From contig VJWM01000106.1 of NCBI GenBank assembly GCA_010909165.1, positions 496,001 through 560,000 of the forward strand: 64,000 nucleotides of DNA, read 5' to 3'. Below the pieces are notes generated by a model that did not search any database, was not told the DNA's origin, and saw only the letters and a list, made by a program, of their open reading frames with translations. Within the stretch, counting starts at the first letter, position 1. Every line of letters begins with the position of its first letter. Below, piece after piece: positions 1-12,011 of this stretch. A program made the position numbers and the translations under genes. This DNA is from Anthoceros angustus (taxonomy: Eukaryota > Plantae > Anthocerotophyta).

Positions 1-1872
1 TGAAATGATGCCATCCACACCTACGCCTTCCAGAAATACTGGAATTCTCAACGCCAGCAAGACGACTTGCAAAGCATTTTGCGGCATAGCTGACCCCTCC
101 CTCGCACCTGTCCCCACATGGCAACATGTAACCTGTAAATAAGCTCCGACTCGTAAACTGGGATCCTTTGCACCTAACTGGAGCAGCTTCAGTGCAGCTT
201 CCCTGACGCATCTTGGTGAGGAAGTTGTAACCACCCAATTCACCTGAGCAATTTCCAGACCAGATCATACTCGTTCTCCAAAGGTGTGCTCTCGGCACAT
301 AACATCAAATGACAAGCACCAGGGCATCTTCAAGGAAAGGTGGAGGGTCAAGTGCTGTTACAAGGCGGTTGACCACCCACGTGGGCCACTGCACACGAAA
401 AATGGTTCTACCCTCCGTGCCTGGCATCTTTCTTGTGCCAGCAGCTCTCAGCACTGCTGCTGCAAGGTTATGAAAAGCAGGCGTGAACCATGCCATAACA
501 CAAGGATATCCTTGACACATGGCTGAGAAAAAAATCTGGTTCTTCGGTCCGTGCACAGAATCAGCAAGGTTTGCCTCAAGCTGAGTAAGCAAATCAGCAA
601 CATGGCTAGTTTCTCCTGCACACCACCATCAGAGCCATGATTAGAAAGATGCAAGCCTTCGCAGCCATGGTAAAATGCTCTTGAAGAAAGCTGAACAGCT
701 TACCAACGCAGGCATCTGCATGGAGTCTCTGAACGAGCTTCTCGACAACGAGAAGCCTACAGTTCGACTCAAGCTTCTTGGTGGTCGGATTCACGGTGGC
801 TGGACCAAATTTCTCCCGTGCAGAAGCTACTTCTACTTTTAGTTCCTTCGCAAGTACGTGCCTTTCCTGCTCTGACTTGCACTCCTTGACAGCAGACATC
901 GAGAGGTAACATTCAGAACCGAAGCATTCGACACAGGGGAGAAATCTTCTCGAAGAAAAAACTTCTCTCAACATTTACGCTCGTTTTAAAAGCTTTCTAC
1001 CTCCAGTAGGAACTGAATCTTTTTGTCTCCCGGCACTAACGCCGCTGCTTTTTGAAGCCAATCACTTGATTCTTCAAACCTACTGAGCTTGGCTGCCGAC
1101 AGCCCTGCCCGGAAGAAAACCTTAGGATTCCTATGGTCTAACTCCAAAGCCTGCTTGCAAAAATAAAGCGCCCCGGTTGAAGCCTTGTTGCAAGGCGCAG
1201 TCACTGCTCAAAAAGATAAGGGCAGCTGCAGTAGCTGACCTGCTTGCAGTCCTCAAGGGCCTCTGCATACTGCTGGAGCTTGATAAGCGCACCTGCTCGA
1301 CATGCCAACAAAGCTGCCACCTCCCTCTCTATCCACCCTTGGATCCCGTCTAGTTTTTCTGCTCCTGCTCGCCCAGGCAGTGTCGTCGCACATTCAGTGG
1401 ACTCCAAATCTCGACTGCGGAAGTTGTCGGAACCATCCGCACTGGCTGCCCTTACAGGTCCAGAAGAAGGTGGGGTGTGGTGCGCCTGGATGTTCTGCCC
1501 TCGGACTGACGCATCAGGAGTACGACTGCCGTAACTGAGTTCCAAGGCTCTGGCCAATTCCTCATGCTGGAGAGAATGCATGGAACCTGCCATTGGCTCC
1601 AGAGAAGCCAGCTTGGTGCCGCTGTCCGGTGGCATCAGAGGCAAGGCTCCTGCCGGCTGAATGAGCTTCAGAGCATGGCAGGCATGGAGAACAGGTCTAG
1701 GGCCACGCAGATGGGGAGGAAAGTGCAGCGCAAAGAGCGCCCGAGTGAACAGGAGGACGGACTCATGGTAGTTGTGCAGGTGGAAGGCTAGATTGGCCCT
1801 GCGTCTAAGCTCCGCAGCCTGCGCCCAAGGAGCCGAGTCCACCACCGGCAGTGTCACAGCCCCGCAGACCAT
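1..1872 (-). CDS. TPR-repeat protein, multi-exon, 3' part unresolved and probably continuing past the window start
   Basis: Exon 1 has TPR helices (AAELRRRANLAFHLHNYHESVLLFTRAL ... LACRAGALIKLQQYAEALEDCKQ). A GT..AG intron joins in frame to ALELDHRNPKVFFRAGLSAAKLSRFEESSDWLQKAAALVPGDKKIQ. Further helical exons lie at about 700-890 and about 305-610. Splicing below about 450 is not resolved. Confidence 0.7.
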
Positions 1873-1979
1873 AGTGGGTGGCAGAGGGGATGGACTCGAC
1901 AGGACAGGAGGCGACGCAGGAAAGGTACAAGTCGGTTAATGCAGCAGACAGCAGTTGGATGGTGTCGAACCGACCGGTA

Positions 1980-2851
1980 TCAACCGCTGTGGTGACCAAC
2001 ATAGCAGCTCTGCCGCACTGCATCCATGAAGGCAGCCATGCGCTCTCTGTCCTTGAGCACCCCGTCGGGGCCGGTAATTCCACTCGACACATCCACCACC
2101 TCCGGCTTCACCACAGCCAGGGCTCGACTCACGTTCCCGGATGCAGCCCACCCGCCAGCATCCACCCGTTCCTGCTGCTCCCGGCCGGGGGTCCTCCAGG
2201 TTGCCCCACTCGTACGCTTCGCCGCTGCCAGGACGAAGCAAGCCGTAGCAGTCAGCAGCCCGTCCAGGCCCTGCCACATCATGGCAACAAGGCACGACAA
2301 GGAAAAGCAGCAGAACGGAGCAGCTCCGTGTCACCTCCCCCCTTGCAAGCCGTCCACCAGAAGCCAGTCCGCCACGCCCGACGGTCGGGCCGTCTGAACG
2401 CGCCCCTGCCGATCGGCGTTCAACACGTAGATCACCTTCAGCGAAGCTTCCAGGTGCGGAAACGCCGTCCGCGCGCCATCCCCATGGAGCTGCACTGAGC
2501 AGGCCTGTCATGTCAGCCGGGACTGGAAGACAACACTGCATGCAAGCAAGCAAACACGCAAGCAAGCGCACTTGCCTGAGCCACTTCCAGCCTTGCTGCC
2601 TTGCAAGCTTGGAGGATGGATTCGGCGTCTTCGTCCACAAACACTCCCACGGGAGTGGCTCCCTGCTCCCTGGCTGCCTGCGCAATTTCCTTGGCCACAG
2701 CTATGGAAACAGAGCGCTTCGACTTCGGCCACATGATCATTCCAACAAACTGCGCTCCTGCGGCAGCCGCGGCTGCAGCATCTTCCGGATTCGTGATTCC
2801 GCACATCTTCACTCCACACGGGCTCGTCGCCATCGCCGCCATGGCTGCCAT
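1980..2851 (-). CDS. PAI: Phosphoribosylanthranilate isomerase (PRAI/TrpF), 3 exons; two apparent 1-bp frameshifts in the last exon
   Basis: VKMCGIT, FVGMIMWPKSKRSV, VGVFVDE; intron; QLHGDG, DWLLVDGLQGGS|GEAYEW; RNGWMLAGGLHP, GNVSRAL, VDVSSG, KDRERMAAFMDAV. All are plant PRAI motifs. The last exon needs +1 nt at a G5 run (2187-2191) and at a C3 run (2136-2138). Confidence 0.93.
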
Positions 2852-2895
2852 CGCCGGCAGCTACAGCGAGCTCTCGCTCACTAAAACACCAAAAA

Positions 2896-2904
2896 TTAGG
2901 GTTT
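2896..2904 (-). promoter_or_regulatory. Telo-box (AAACCCTAA) in the roughly 140-bp divergent intergenic region between PRAI and the orphan ORF
   Basis: TTAGGGTTT at 2896-2904, about 45 bp upstream of the PRAI ATG. This is a known plant promoter/5'UTR element. Confidence 0.5.
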
Positions 2905-2991
2905 CTGCGCAAACACATCGACGACGTCGCTGCAGCTCAGTGTCAGCAGCTGCTGCTTGTGCCTGGCTTGCGGGCGTGGGGCGAGGACGAC

Positions 2992-3516
2992 ATGGGCCGG
3001 GTCTCGAAAGCGGAAGAGAGGCGCCGGGGAGGGGCAGCGGGAGCTGCTGCTGCGGCGGCGGCGGCGGCTGCTGCTGCTGCGGCTGCGGGGGGGCAACAGA
3101 GCACGGTAGAGGATCTCATCCGGGGGCTTGCGCACAGTCATCTCGACGACCGAGGTCCCGCGCAGAACCGGGGGATTCTGGATCTGTTGGAGGAGGACCA
3201 GTCGCGGGACCAGAGGCTGCGGGAGCATCGGTTGCGGCGGAACCGGAGCAGGGATCCCCGGGCTCTGCAGATCGCGCAGCAGCCGGCGCAGCAGGTGCGG
3301 AGCTCGCCCCAGAGCCAGGGCGCCATGGCAAGCTACTACCCGGACCCGGTGTCGCAGCAGCTGCAGGATCTCATCAACGACGAGCTCAACCGCCAAATTC
3401 AAGACCACATCAACCAGGAAATTCAGCGCCAGATTCAGGAGCAGCTGCAGCGGTATATTGACCAGGAGATGGAGCAGCAGATCATGCAGCAGATGTTGAC
3501 TGTGAGGGATCTTTGA
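2992..3516 (+). CDS. Intronless hypothetical protein with a poly-Ala tract and a Gln-rich helical C-terminus
   Basis: ATG at 2992 (MGRVSKAEERRRGG), about 174 aa, GC3-rich codon usage. C-terminal periodic pattern LQDLINDELNRQIQDHINQEIQRQIQEQLQRYIDQEMEQQIMQQM. No family recognised. Confidence 0.6.
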   Translation: MGRVSKAEERRRGGAAGAAAAAAAAAAAAAAAGGQQSTVEDLIRGLAHSHLDDRGPAQNRGILDLLEEDQSRDQRLREHRLRRNRSRDPRALQIAQQPAQQVRSSPQSQGAMASYYPDPVSQQLQDLINDELNRQIQDHINQEIQRQIQEQLQRYIDQEMEQQIMQQMLTVRDL

Positions 3517-4863
3517 GCGGGGTTGCTGTGTACCTTGTCACGGGTGTATGGTGTTTGAGGCACTAGCGATCGCGAACGGGACGGGGATTATCGCTCTTTG
3601 CACGGGCGGTGTGAATTCCCTCTGAGTGATCGCTGAAGTTGCTACAGTCGTGCAATTGGGGCAGATGGTTGATTCCTCTGCCTTGTTTGCCACCGATGCT
3701 TACCCCTGGTGCCAACTTGTGAGTTTGCACTGGGCATTGCATTGCTAGGCAGGTTTAGGGGTTGGAAGGTTAGGAGTGGGAGTCCGAGCTTTGAAAGCTC
3801 CTTATCGGTGTGGTACCGAAGTGTCCCTGTTTGCCATACGTTGGTCCTCTGCCGTGTCTTGTACCTTGTAAGCTGTTAATACGTACTAACTTTGGATTTC
3901 GCGTATATGTACACGAATTTTCCATCTTTTGCTTCAAATGGCAGAGTTCTCCATGTTCTTGGAATTGCTTCCAGGCCAAAGGCAATGATTAATTCTCCTT
4001 GCGAGGTTTCTCGATTCCTTGCAGAATCAAATCGAAGAGTCTTGATCCAATTGTGAGCCTTTTCGTTGTATGAATTCCATGCCCATTCGTTGCCATGTTG
4101 CTAACTAGCATTGGAATGTTCTTTGCTACATTGGCAAATGTATGACAGAAAGGGGCTTGCTCGAAGGCGTGCTATGTGCAATGGACTCCTGGTTCGCCTA
4201 CTGACGTGTCCAATGCTCACCCTGAATTTCCTAGGAGAGCCTTCCCGCGAGAAAACTTTCATATGCAACGGAAAAATAGCCTTAAGTTGGGTGCGAACTT
4301 TCCGTGCTCCCACATGCCTAGTAAAGGTGGGGAGTTTTAGTGGGTGAGGGAGTTCTTCCCAAGTCTATTGGTATCTAGGCACTTACTCATATGACCTCGG
4401 GAAGAGTAAAGTCTTTTCCTGTTGGGATGATACGATGGGTAACAATGGGCGTTGTTTTGATTTATTTTCAAAATACTAAATTAAAAAAAAGAAATCTGCA
4501 ACCAAAAGACCATCTTGTCCGTCACCGTTTGGGAGAACAGCATACGTCAATCCACATAAGTCCTGGGATTGAGTGTGGAAATCTTTTTAGTCATTGTACC
4601 TAGTTTAACAATATAGCTAACGTTACGCCGAGACTGATGGTATATGTAGTTGGTTCATACGTACGTATATGTACTCTACTTTTTTATTTTTTACGTGATA
4701 TTATCTTCTTCATTCCTTGATGATTTTTTCACCCTCCTACTTATAAAGGTCCCCACTTCAAACCTGGGTTCAGACGTCAATCACGATTGGGTAGTTTTTC
4801 TTTTCATCTGCCGATTCATCACCGACCCATGAGGGAAAGTTATATCACACAAAGACACAAAAT

Positions 4864-5085
4864 CAAGGAGGGAAATTTTGTAACCCCAGTACCAACGATT
4901 GAAAGGAAGGCTGTGGCTCTTTTGGATCATAGAAAAACTCAAAAGCAAGGAGGGAAATTCTGTCACCCAAGTACCAACGGTAAGAGGAAGGCTGTGGCTC
5001 TTTTGGATCACAGAAAAACACAAAAGCAAGGAGGGAAATTCTGTCACCCATGTATCAACGATGAAAGGAAGGCTGCGGCTCACTC
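4864..5085. repeat. Tandem repeat, 81-82 bp unit, about 2.7 copies
   Basis: Unit caaggagggaaatt(t/c)tgt...ggaaggctgtggctcttttggatca...aaaag starts at 4864, 4946 and 5027. Confidence 0.9.
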
Positions 5086-5337
5086 GGAGTGCTTAGCACA
5101 TATATTGCCAGGCTGTTGGCGCGTCGTGTCAGTTAGTTTGCGGTCATATGATCTGCGCGGCCACTTGGCCATTTCTTTGCGGTGCATTTTGATCTCCATT
5201 TGTCTACGATAGACACATGGCGATGCCTTCCCTTCCCGCCACCTGTGGAGTGTCGGGCAGGGTCCGATTCGAAGGCTATGTAGGCATCTCCTTCACCCTG
5301 CGTTCGTCAGTGCCTCAACTTCTGAAGACTGGGAACA

Positions 5338-7278
5338 ATGGCGGCCCTGGTGGCGGGTTTCAGATCTCTGGTGAGCTGCGAAATCCTTCTGAGTGCGCCT
5401 GCAAGAGAGCTGTCTCAGGAAGGTGCAGCAGCTCCCACCGTTACCGTAAAGCTGTCCTGCATTCCCTTCGCAAGCCCCCGGCTGTGGTCTCGCGGAGTGA
5501 GGGAACGAAGCTGGAGCTCGCGATGCGTATCTGCAGCAGCTGCTCCTCTGGAAGCAGTGCAGGAAGTCTCCGAGGACGCAGAGCAGCAGGCTCATGAGGC
5601 CGGGAACGGAGTCGCTAACGTTGCGGCGCAGGTGGAGGAAGTTGTGTTGAATGCCGTGGAGATCACTGGTAATCCGACTGGTGAGGCTAGCCCTGATGCT
5701 CCCGTGGAGGAGGCGGAGCAGCCGTCGTGCCGTGGTGGTAACATCAAGGCTGACTGGACAAAGATCATCATGTTTCAGGTCAGTATTAGGTGTCGCTGAG
5801 TGGTGCAGCCATGTCTGAGGGGGAAGGATTTTCGTTTCTGAAGCTTCTGGCTCTGCAGGGATTCAATTGGGAGTCGTGGAGGCATAAGGAGGGTTGGTAT
5901 AACGTGTTGAAGAAGAATGTGGATGATTTGGCGGAAGCTGGTGTGACGGACATCTGGTTCCCTCCGGCAACGCACTCTGTGGCACCTCAAGGTATGCGGA
6001 TTTGTCACAATCTTCCCCCGTTTGTAAGCCATCGGTTTTTGTTGTCAGTAGGGCTCGGATAAGCGTGTTTGTACAGCTCCTTGATTGATTCAATCTGTTG
6101 TGGCCTGTCAGGATACATGCCTAACAAGCTCCTCGATCTGGACAACACGCATTATGGCAACGAGGATGAGCTGAAGGCTGTGATTGATGCATTCCACAGC
6201 AAGGGAGTGCGCTGTATCGCCGATATCGTCATCAACCATCGCTGCGCGGACAGGCAAGATGAGAGAGGACAGTGGTGCCTCTTCGAAGGAGGTACCCCGG
6301 ATGATCGCCTCGACTGGGGCCCCTGGGCCATTGCCGGGAACGACTTCCCTTACAGCGATGGATCGGGGAACCCTGACACCGGTGAAGACTTCGGCGCCGC
6401 TCCGGACCTGGATCACACCAACCAGACAGTGCAGGACGATCTTTCCGACTGGATGAAGTGGCTCAAGACGGACATCGGGTTCGATGGCTGGAGGTTCGAC
6501 TTTGCCAAGGGTTTCGCGGGCCACTATGTCGGCATGTACATCGAACGGACGCAGCCGGAGTTCTCTGTTGGCGAGGTCTGGACAACGTGCAGGTATGGCG
6601 ACCAGGGGCTGGACTACAACCAGGACAGCCACCGTCAGGAGCTTGTAAATTGGGTGCATGCTACTGGAGACCGAGCCACGGCCTTCGACTTCACCACCAA
6701 GGGGATTCTCCAGCAGGCTGTCAACGGGGAACTGTGGCGGCTGAGGGATAACAACAACAAGCCTCCTGGTATGCTGGGGTATTGGCCTTCCAGGGCTGTG
6801 ACTTTCATAGACAACCACGACACGGGATCCACACAGGCCCACTGGCCCTTCCCCGCCGACAAAGTCATGCAGGGATACGCCTATATCATGACACACCCTG
6901 GCATTCCTTGCATCGTAAGCTCCTCGTCCTCATGTACACGCTCCATTTCTTCTTTTACTGTCGCACAATCCACTTGATTGACCCTTGGTCTTTGCACTCC
7001 TGCAGTTCTATGATCACTATTTTGACTGGGGATTCAAGAATGAGCTGAGGAATTTCATCAGCATCAGGAATCGGAATGGAATCAACTCCAAGAGTAACGT
7101 TGAAATTGTTGCAGCAGACAATGATGTGTACGTTGCCCGGATTGACGAAAGAGTGGTGATGAAGATTGGAGATAGAATTGAGATCGGTGATTTGGCACCA
7201 AGTTTAGATGAATACAGTGTGGCAGCTGTAGGAAATGGTTACTGCATTTGGGAGAAGAAGGCGCCTCTTCAACAATAA
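5338..7278 (+). CDS. AMY: Alpha-amylase (GH13, plant type) with a transit-peptide-like N-terminus; exons 5338-5778, 5859-5991, 6112-6914, 7006-7278
   Basis: IMFQ|GFNWES, DIWFPP, QG|[19 protein letters not shown] (nucleophile D), VGEVW (acid/base E), [18 protein letters not shown]|FYDH and the C-terminal beta domain. All three introns are GT..AG and keep the frame. Confidence 0.96.
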
Positions 7279-7375
7279 CACACCCCGATAATAGCTTGTT
7301 TGGCTACTACCGGTAAACCCAACGTAACTGCTGAATGCGTGGCACTTAGTGAAAGCCTAATTGCGTATCCAATAC

Positions 7376-7475
7376 TATTGGTGTTATCCAATATTATTGA
7401 TGTTATCCAACATTATTAGTGTTATCCAACATTATTAGTGTTATCCAACATTATTAGTGTCATCCAATATCATTG
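7376..7475. repeat. 19-bp minisatellite (tattagtgttatccaacat), about 5 copies
   Basis: Directly visible tandem units. Confidence 0.85.
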
Positions 7476-7597
7476 GTAACGCTTACAGAGGACATAACTT
7501 GCGAGTTGATTTTTTGTATTGTTTATATTGCAAGTTCAAAATACTTCATAATTCAATAGAGGACAGAACTTGTGAGTTGATTTATTGGGAAAAGAAG

Positions 7598-7830
7598 ACT
7601 TTATTATAAAAAAGAGATGGGAAAAACCCATCCACCCCAAAAACAAAGAGGGAAAAACCAAACAAAGGGCACCATGCCAGGCACGATCATGCATTTCAAA
7701 ACTACCAACTGCCCGAAGAACTTCGTGGTCAGGGATGTGAAAAGGCCTACTTACCACCGGTGTCGAAGCAACGGCATCCCCACGCTCGCTGTCGTTCTAT
7801 ACATTGCGTTGGCCAACGCCCTCCGTTGAT
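7598..7830 (-). mobile_element. 3' fragment of an RLE-type non-LTR retroelement (copy 1)
   Basis: The minus strand encodes ALANAMYRTTAS..STPVVSRPFHIPDHEVLRAVGSF and ends in ...catctcttttttataataaag. It is homologous to 34455-34710 and 59935-60290. Confidence 0.7.
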
Positions 7831-8126
7831 TTATTGCATTGTTTACATTGCAAGTTCAAGCTACTTCATAATTCAAAACATATATTACAGGAACTTGTCA
7901 TTTGCATTAGAAAGACAGTGAACCTGTCATTTGCATTAGAAAGACAGTGAACCTGTAGGTGCGAGTCCTCAGAACCATCATCCCTAAGAATATAATATTA
8001 GTAGAATATAATATTAGCAAGGAGCAAATATGGAGACATCTAGCATATACTACTTGAGATGACAAGTTACATCACCAAAGTGTATTTAAAATAATATGCT
8101 TAAGAGTAATAAAAATATTAAAAGAG

Positions 8127-8127
<1 letters not shown>

Positions 8128-8171
<44 letters not shown>
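8128..8171. repeat. (TAA)n microsatellite within an AT-rich low-complexity tract
   Basis: About 14 perfect TAA units. Confidence 0.95.
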
Positions 8172-8271
8172 TGAAAGAGATAATAAGAATATTATAAATA
8201 TCATAAAATATTAAAAGAGATAATAAAAATTTTTAAAAGATGTTATAAATATTCAATTGATGAACGTAGAG

Positions 8272-8345
8272 TATTAAAAAAAAAGATGCCAAATCCCACC
8301 TACCCCCAAGACCAAGGGGGAGAAGGCACCAAGCTAAAAGTAGCC
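8272..8345 (-). mobile_element. Very short 3'-terminal remnant of the same RLE-element family (copy 2)
   Basis: tattaaaaaaaaagatgccaaatcccacctaccccca matches the terminal ttattatgaaaaagagatggaaacaacccatctaccccga of the other copies. Confidence 0.45.
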
Positions 8346-10192
8346 CCAAAAATATTAGAAGAGATTATGAAAATTTAAAAAAAAGACTATGAGGATGCAT
8401 TTAGCATCCTAGCCTTCTCCATATTACAAACTTTCATCCATAAACTTTGGCCCACATAAGAAAAGGGCCTCTTTTCAACATATTTTGTAGCACTTTTTGG
8501 GGTACGTTATAAAACTTATGGAGGTTGTAAATCTTGGAGACATATGTCATGTCATGTGACTTGGTAGTTGATGTCATGTTAAGAAACTGCAAAATCAGGT
8601 TAATTAACTTAAAATTAATTATATATGTTGCACTTTTGGGGCAAGCATCTAGGGAACGAGTATCGCACGGTCTGGAACGGCGTGCGGTCAAGCACACATG
8701 AGGGCAAGGTGGTGGGTGTCGATATGCGACAAACGCCTGCGGTTTGGAGGTGGCTTCCCTCCTACCCGTACACGCAGTTTGTGAGCACCAGTGTTTCTGC
8801 TGGATCCTTGGTCGGATTTCGCCACCGGAAGCAACAAAGAAGGATAAATAATTAGAACAACGAACATGCCTAGTGTTTGTTTTCGCTTTGAGAGACTCCT
8901 CTCAAACTGCTTTGCATCCTTCCGTCACGCAACATTGGTCTATGCTTCAAACCGTCGCAGCCTTGTAGCGCCTAGCTACAATTAAATATTAAATTAAGCT
9001 TTCACTAAAGAGCGCGGCGTCGAACATCATTTCTTTCCTTCTGCGCATTTGCACAGCAGCAACATCACACCAACGAACGTTCACGTTAACGTTAACGTTG
9101 GTGAGCTGATCATCGCAGTAGAGAAATGAGAACGAAACACTTTTTTTTTCATGATAAAAGGCATTCACTCCATGCTCCTCAAATTCCAAACATCGATCGT
9201 CACACTGACCAGTTTGGAATCACGTGGTACCATGTCGCTTACCATGTCTTTCGAAACCAACTTGCAAATCATCATCTTTGTGCTTCGTGAAGACGTGGCC
9301 TTATAGGCTGTACCTTAATGGCAATCGAGTGGCGATGGGAGAGTGTTCATGTCTCACTGTCAACCGACATTGAATGTCGAGCTCCAGCGCTCTCATTGAA
9401 ATGTCATGCACTCTAACCTAGCCAAAGTAAATCTAACCTCCTTGTTGGTTAGTCTGCCCGATTAGGGCAAAGATTTATGCACCAAAAGTCTCAATCTGAT
9501 TTACTTTTTTGCAAAAAAATAAATAGGCCCATGATTATTGAAGGGTTCATGAATTGGAAATCAATCACAGGTTGTCATGGTGAGGAAAAGCCTTCCTCTA
9601 TCGATGCTAGCATGTACACCGTTCTCATCTTGCGCATTAAGCAACATTTGCAAATGGAACAAGTCAAGGCATGCATGTGAACAACTTCACTTCCTTTAGT
9701 ATAGTTTATGATCATAAACTTGCAATCGGGTTCAAAGAACTCACAAAAAGCTACTTAACTGTTACTTAGCGGACATCTTTTAGTATGCCTGTTGTCATAA
9801 TATAGCCGCCTTCTTGGCGTTTGCCACTAAGCACCTAGCTGCCTTACAATGAATGCGACATTTAAATAACTAAGAAATCACAATATTTAATGACTTCAAA
9901 GCAATTAAGACTACTTAGATTACCTACCATCTAGTTCTCATAATAGTGATCTCCGCCAGCACATCTTGCATTTGACTTTACGCCTTGATAGCTTCTTCAC
10001 CTCATGATCGTGTATGTCGTTAGTTGTATGGATCTGTAAAAAAAAGGGGCAGCTTATACGACGTGCGCAATCTCAAGACCTTGAATGTTCTCTTATAATT
10101 CAAAGAGAAACCCTTTCCACTTCGTGAGGGACTTGGCACATCTTAAACACTTTAGGTTGCGACGAGGTATGTTTGATTTAAGTATCTAGAAT

Positions 10193-11846
10193 AAAGAAAA
10201 GAGAAATCATGAAATCCATATTTGTGCAGTTCAGTTCCTTTCTCATTTGCAAATAACCAAACCTCATTCACACGATTTTGAAAGTTTTCATCGCAACCCC
10301 AACTCATGAGCACTTGCAACTTTACGACACTGCTTGTAAGACGTCTCAATCAATCTTTTGATGCAAATTAAAATTATCTTTTCAGGCATCTCCGTCATTT
10401 TGCAATGTAAATTGTAATACTCCATTTGAAACATCTCAATCAAATCATAATTGAAGGATAAGGTTTTGCAGGTGGGAATTTGGTGCACTCGTAATAATGG
10501 GATGCAATTTGTGTTGGCGGATCATCATTACAATACAAATTGTAATATGTTTACAACATAAATTACAATAAGATTTCTAAAACAATTTAATTATCTTGTA
10601 TTGCAGATTATATTTCTCTTTTTGAGACATCTCAATAATCTTACAGGGTTAAAAATAGGCTTTGAAATAGATATGTACAACTTAAACTGCCAATTTTATC
10701 TATATATTCCAGTTAAAGGGTCAATATATATGTGAATTGTTTTACTAATACATGAACTCATACAACACACAAAATGCATGCAATCACCGGAGGCCACGAA
10801 CCAATCCTTTGTGGGCTCTAACTTTGAAATGTAAATATGCTGCAAGCAAAAGACAATCTAGCTTGTGAAAGTGAGATCAACCTAAGACTGCCCAACCCAC
10901 CCATATTAAGTCTTTGATGGTCGGTTTTGCCTTGTATTTCTTCCCAATAATTCAATTGATGATGTTTTTACAATGTCTGTAAATGTAAATATGGTCCGAG
11001 AAGCTTTCCCAAAGCTCCAAAGAAAAAGAGAAATCATGAAATCCATATTTGTGCGTTCGGTTCCTTTCTCATTTTGCAAATAACCAAACCTCATTCACAC
11101 GATTTTGAAAGTTTTCATCGCAACCCCAACTCATGAGCACTTGCAACTTTACGACCTTTGCTTGTAAGACGTCTCAATCAATCTTTGATGCAAATTAAAA
11201 TTATCTTTTCGGGCATCTCCGTCATTTTGCAATGTAAATTGTAATACTCCATTTGAAACATCTCAATCAAATCATAATTGAAGGATAAGGTTTTGCAGGT
11301 GGGAATTTGGTGCACTCGTAATAATGGGATGCAATTTGTGTTGGCGGATCATCATTACAATACAAATTGTAATATGTTTACAACATAAATTACAATAAGA
11401 TTTCTAAAACAATTTAATTATCTTGTATTGCAGATTATATTTCTCTTTTTGAGACATCTCAATAATCTTACAGGGTTAAAAATAGGCTTTGAAATAGATA
11501 TGTACAACTTAAACTGCCAATTTTATCTATATATTCCAGTTAAAGGGTCAATATATATGTGAATTGTTTTACTAATACATGAACTCATACAACACACAAA
11601 ATGCATGCAATCACGGAGGCCACGAACCAATCCTTTGTGGGCTCTAACTTTGAAATGTAAATATGCTGCAAGCAAAAGACAATCTAGCTTGTGAAAGTGA
11701 GATCAACCTAAGACTGCCCAACCCACCCATATTAAGTCTTTGATGGTCGGTTTTGCCTTGTATTTCTTCCCAATAATTCAATTGATGATGTTTTTACAAT
11801 GTCTGTAAATGTAAATATGGTCCGAGAAGCTTTCCCCAAAGCTCCA
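10193..11846. repeat. Near-perfect tandem duplication of an AT-rich unit of about 826 bp
   Basis: Copy 1 is 10193-11018 and copy 2 is 11019-11846. They differ mainly by 1-bp indels. Confidence 0.92.
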
Positions 11847-12011
11847 GCAAAGGTGTTCAAACCCATACCAATCTCATTTACCGTAGAATGAATTTCAAAA
11901 CCCTATATAGTGTAACATACATGTTGTCTTAAATTTTAGTAGAAAAACGAGTTACAAGTACAAGGCGGTACCAATTTGATACCAATTTTGGTATGAATTT
12001 ATATTTTATAA

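Noticed and set aside
2601-3499. Long alternative-frame and antisense ORFs over PRAI and the orphan gene
   Set aside because: They are shadow ORFs caused by high GC3 in the real coding frames.
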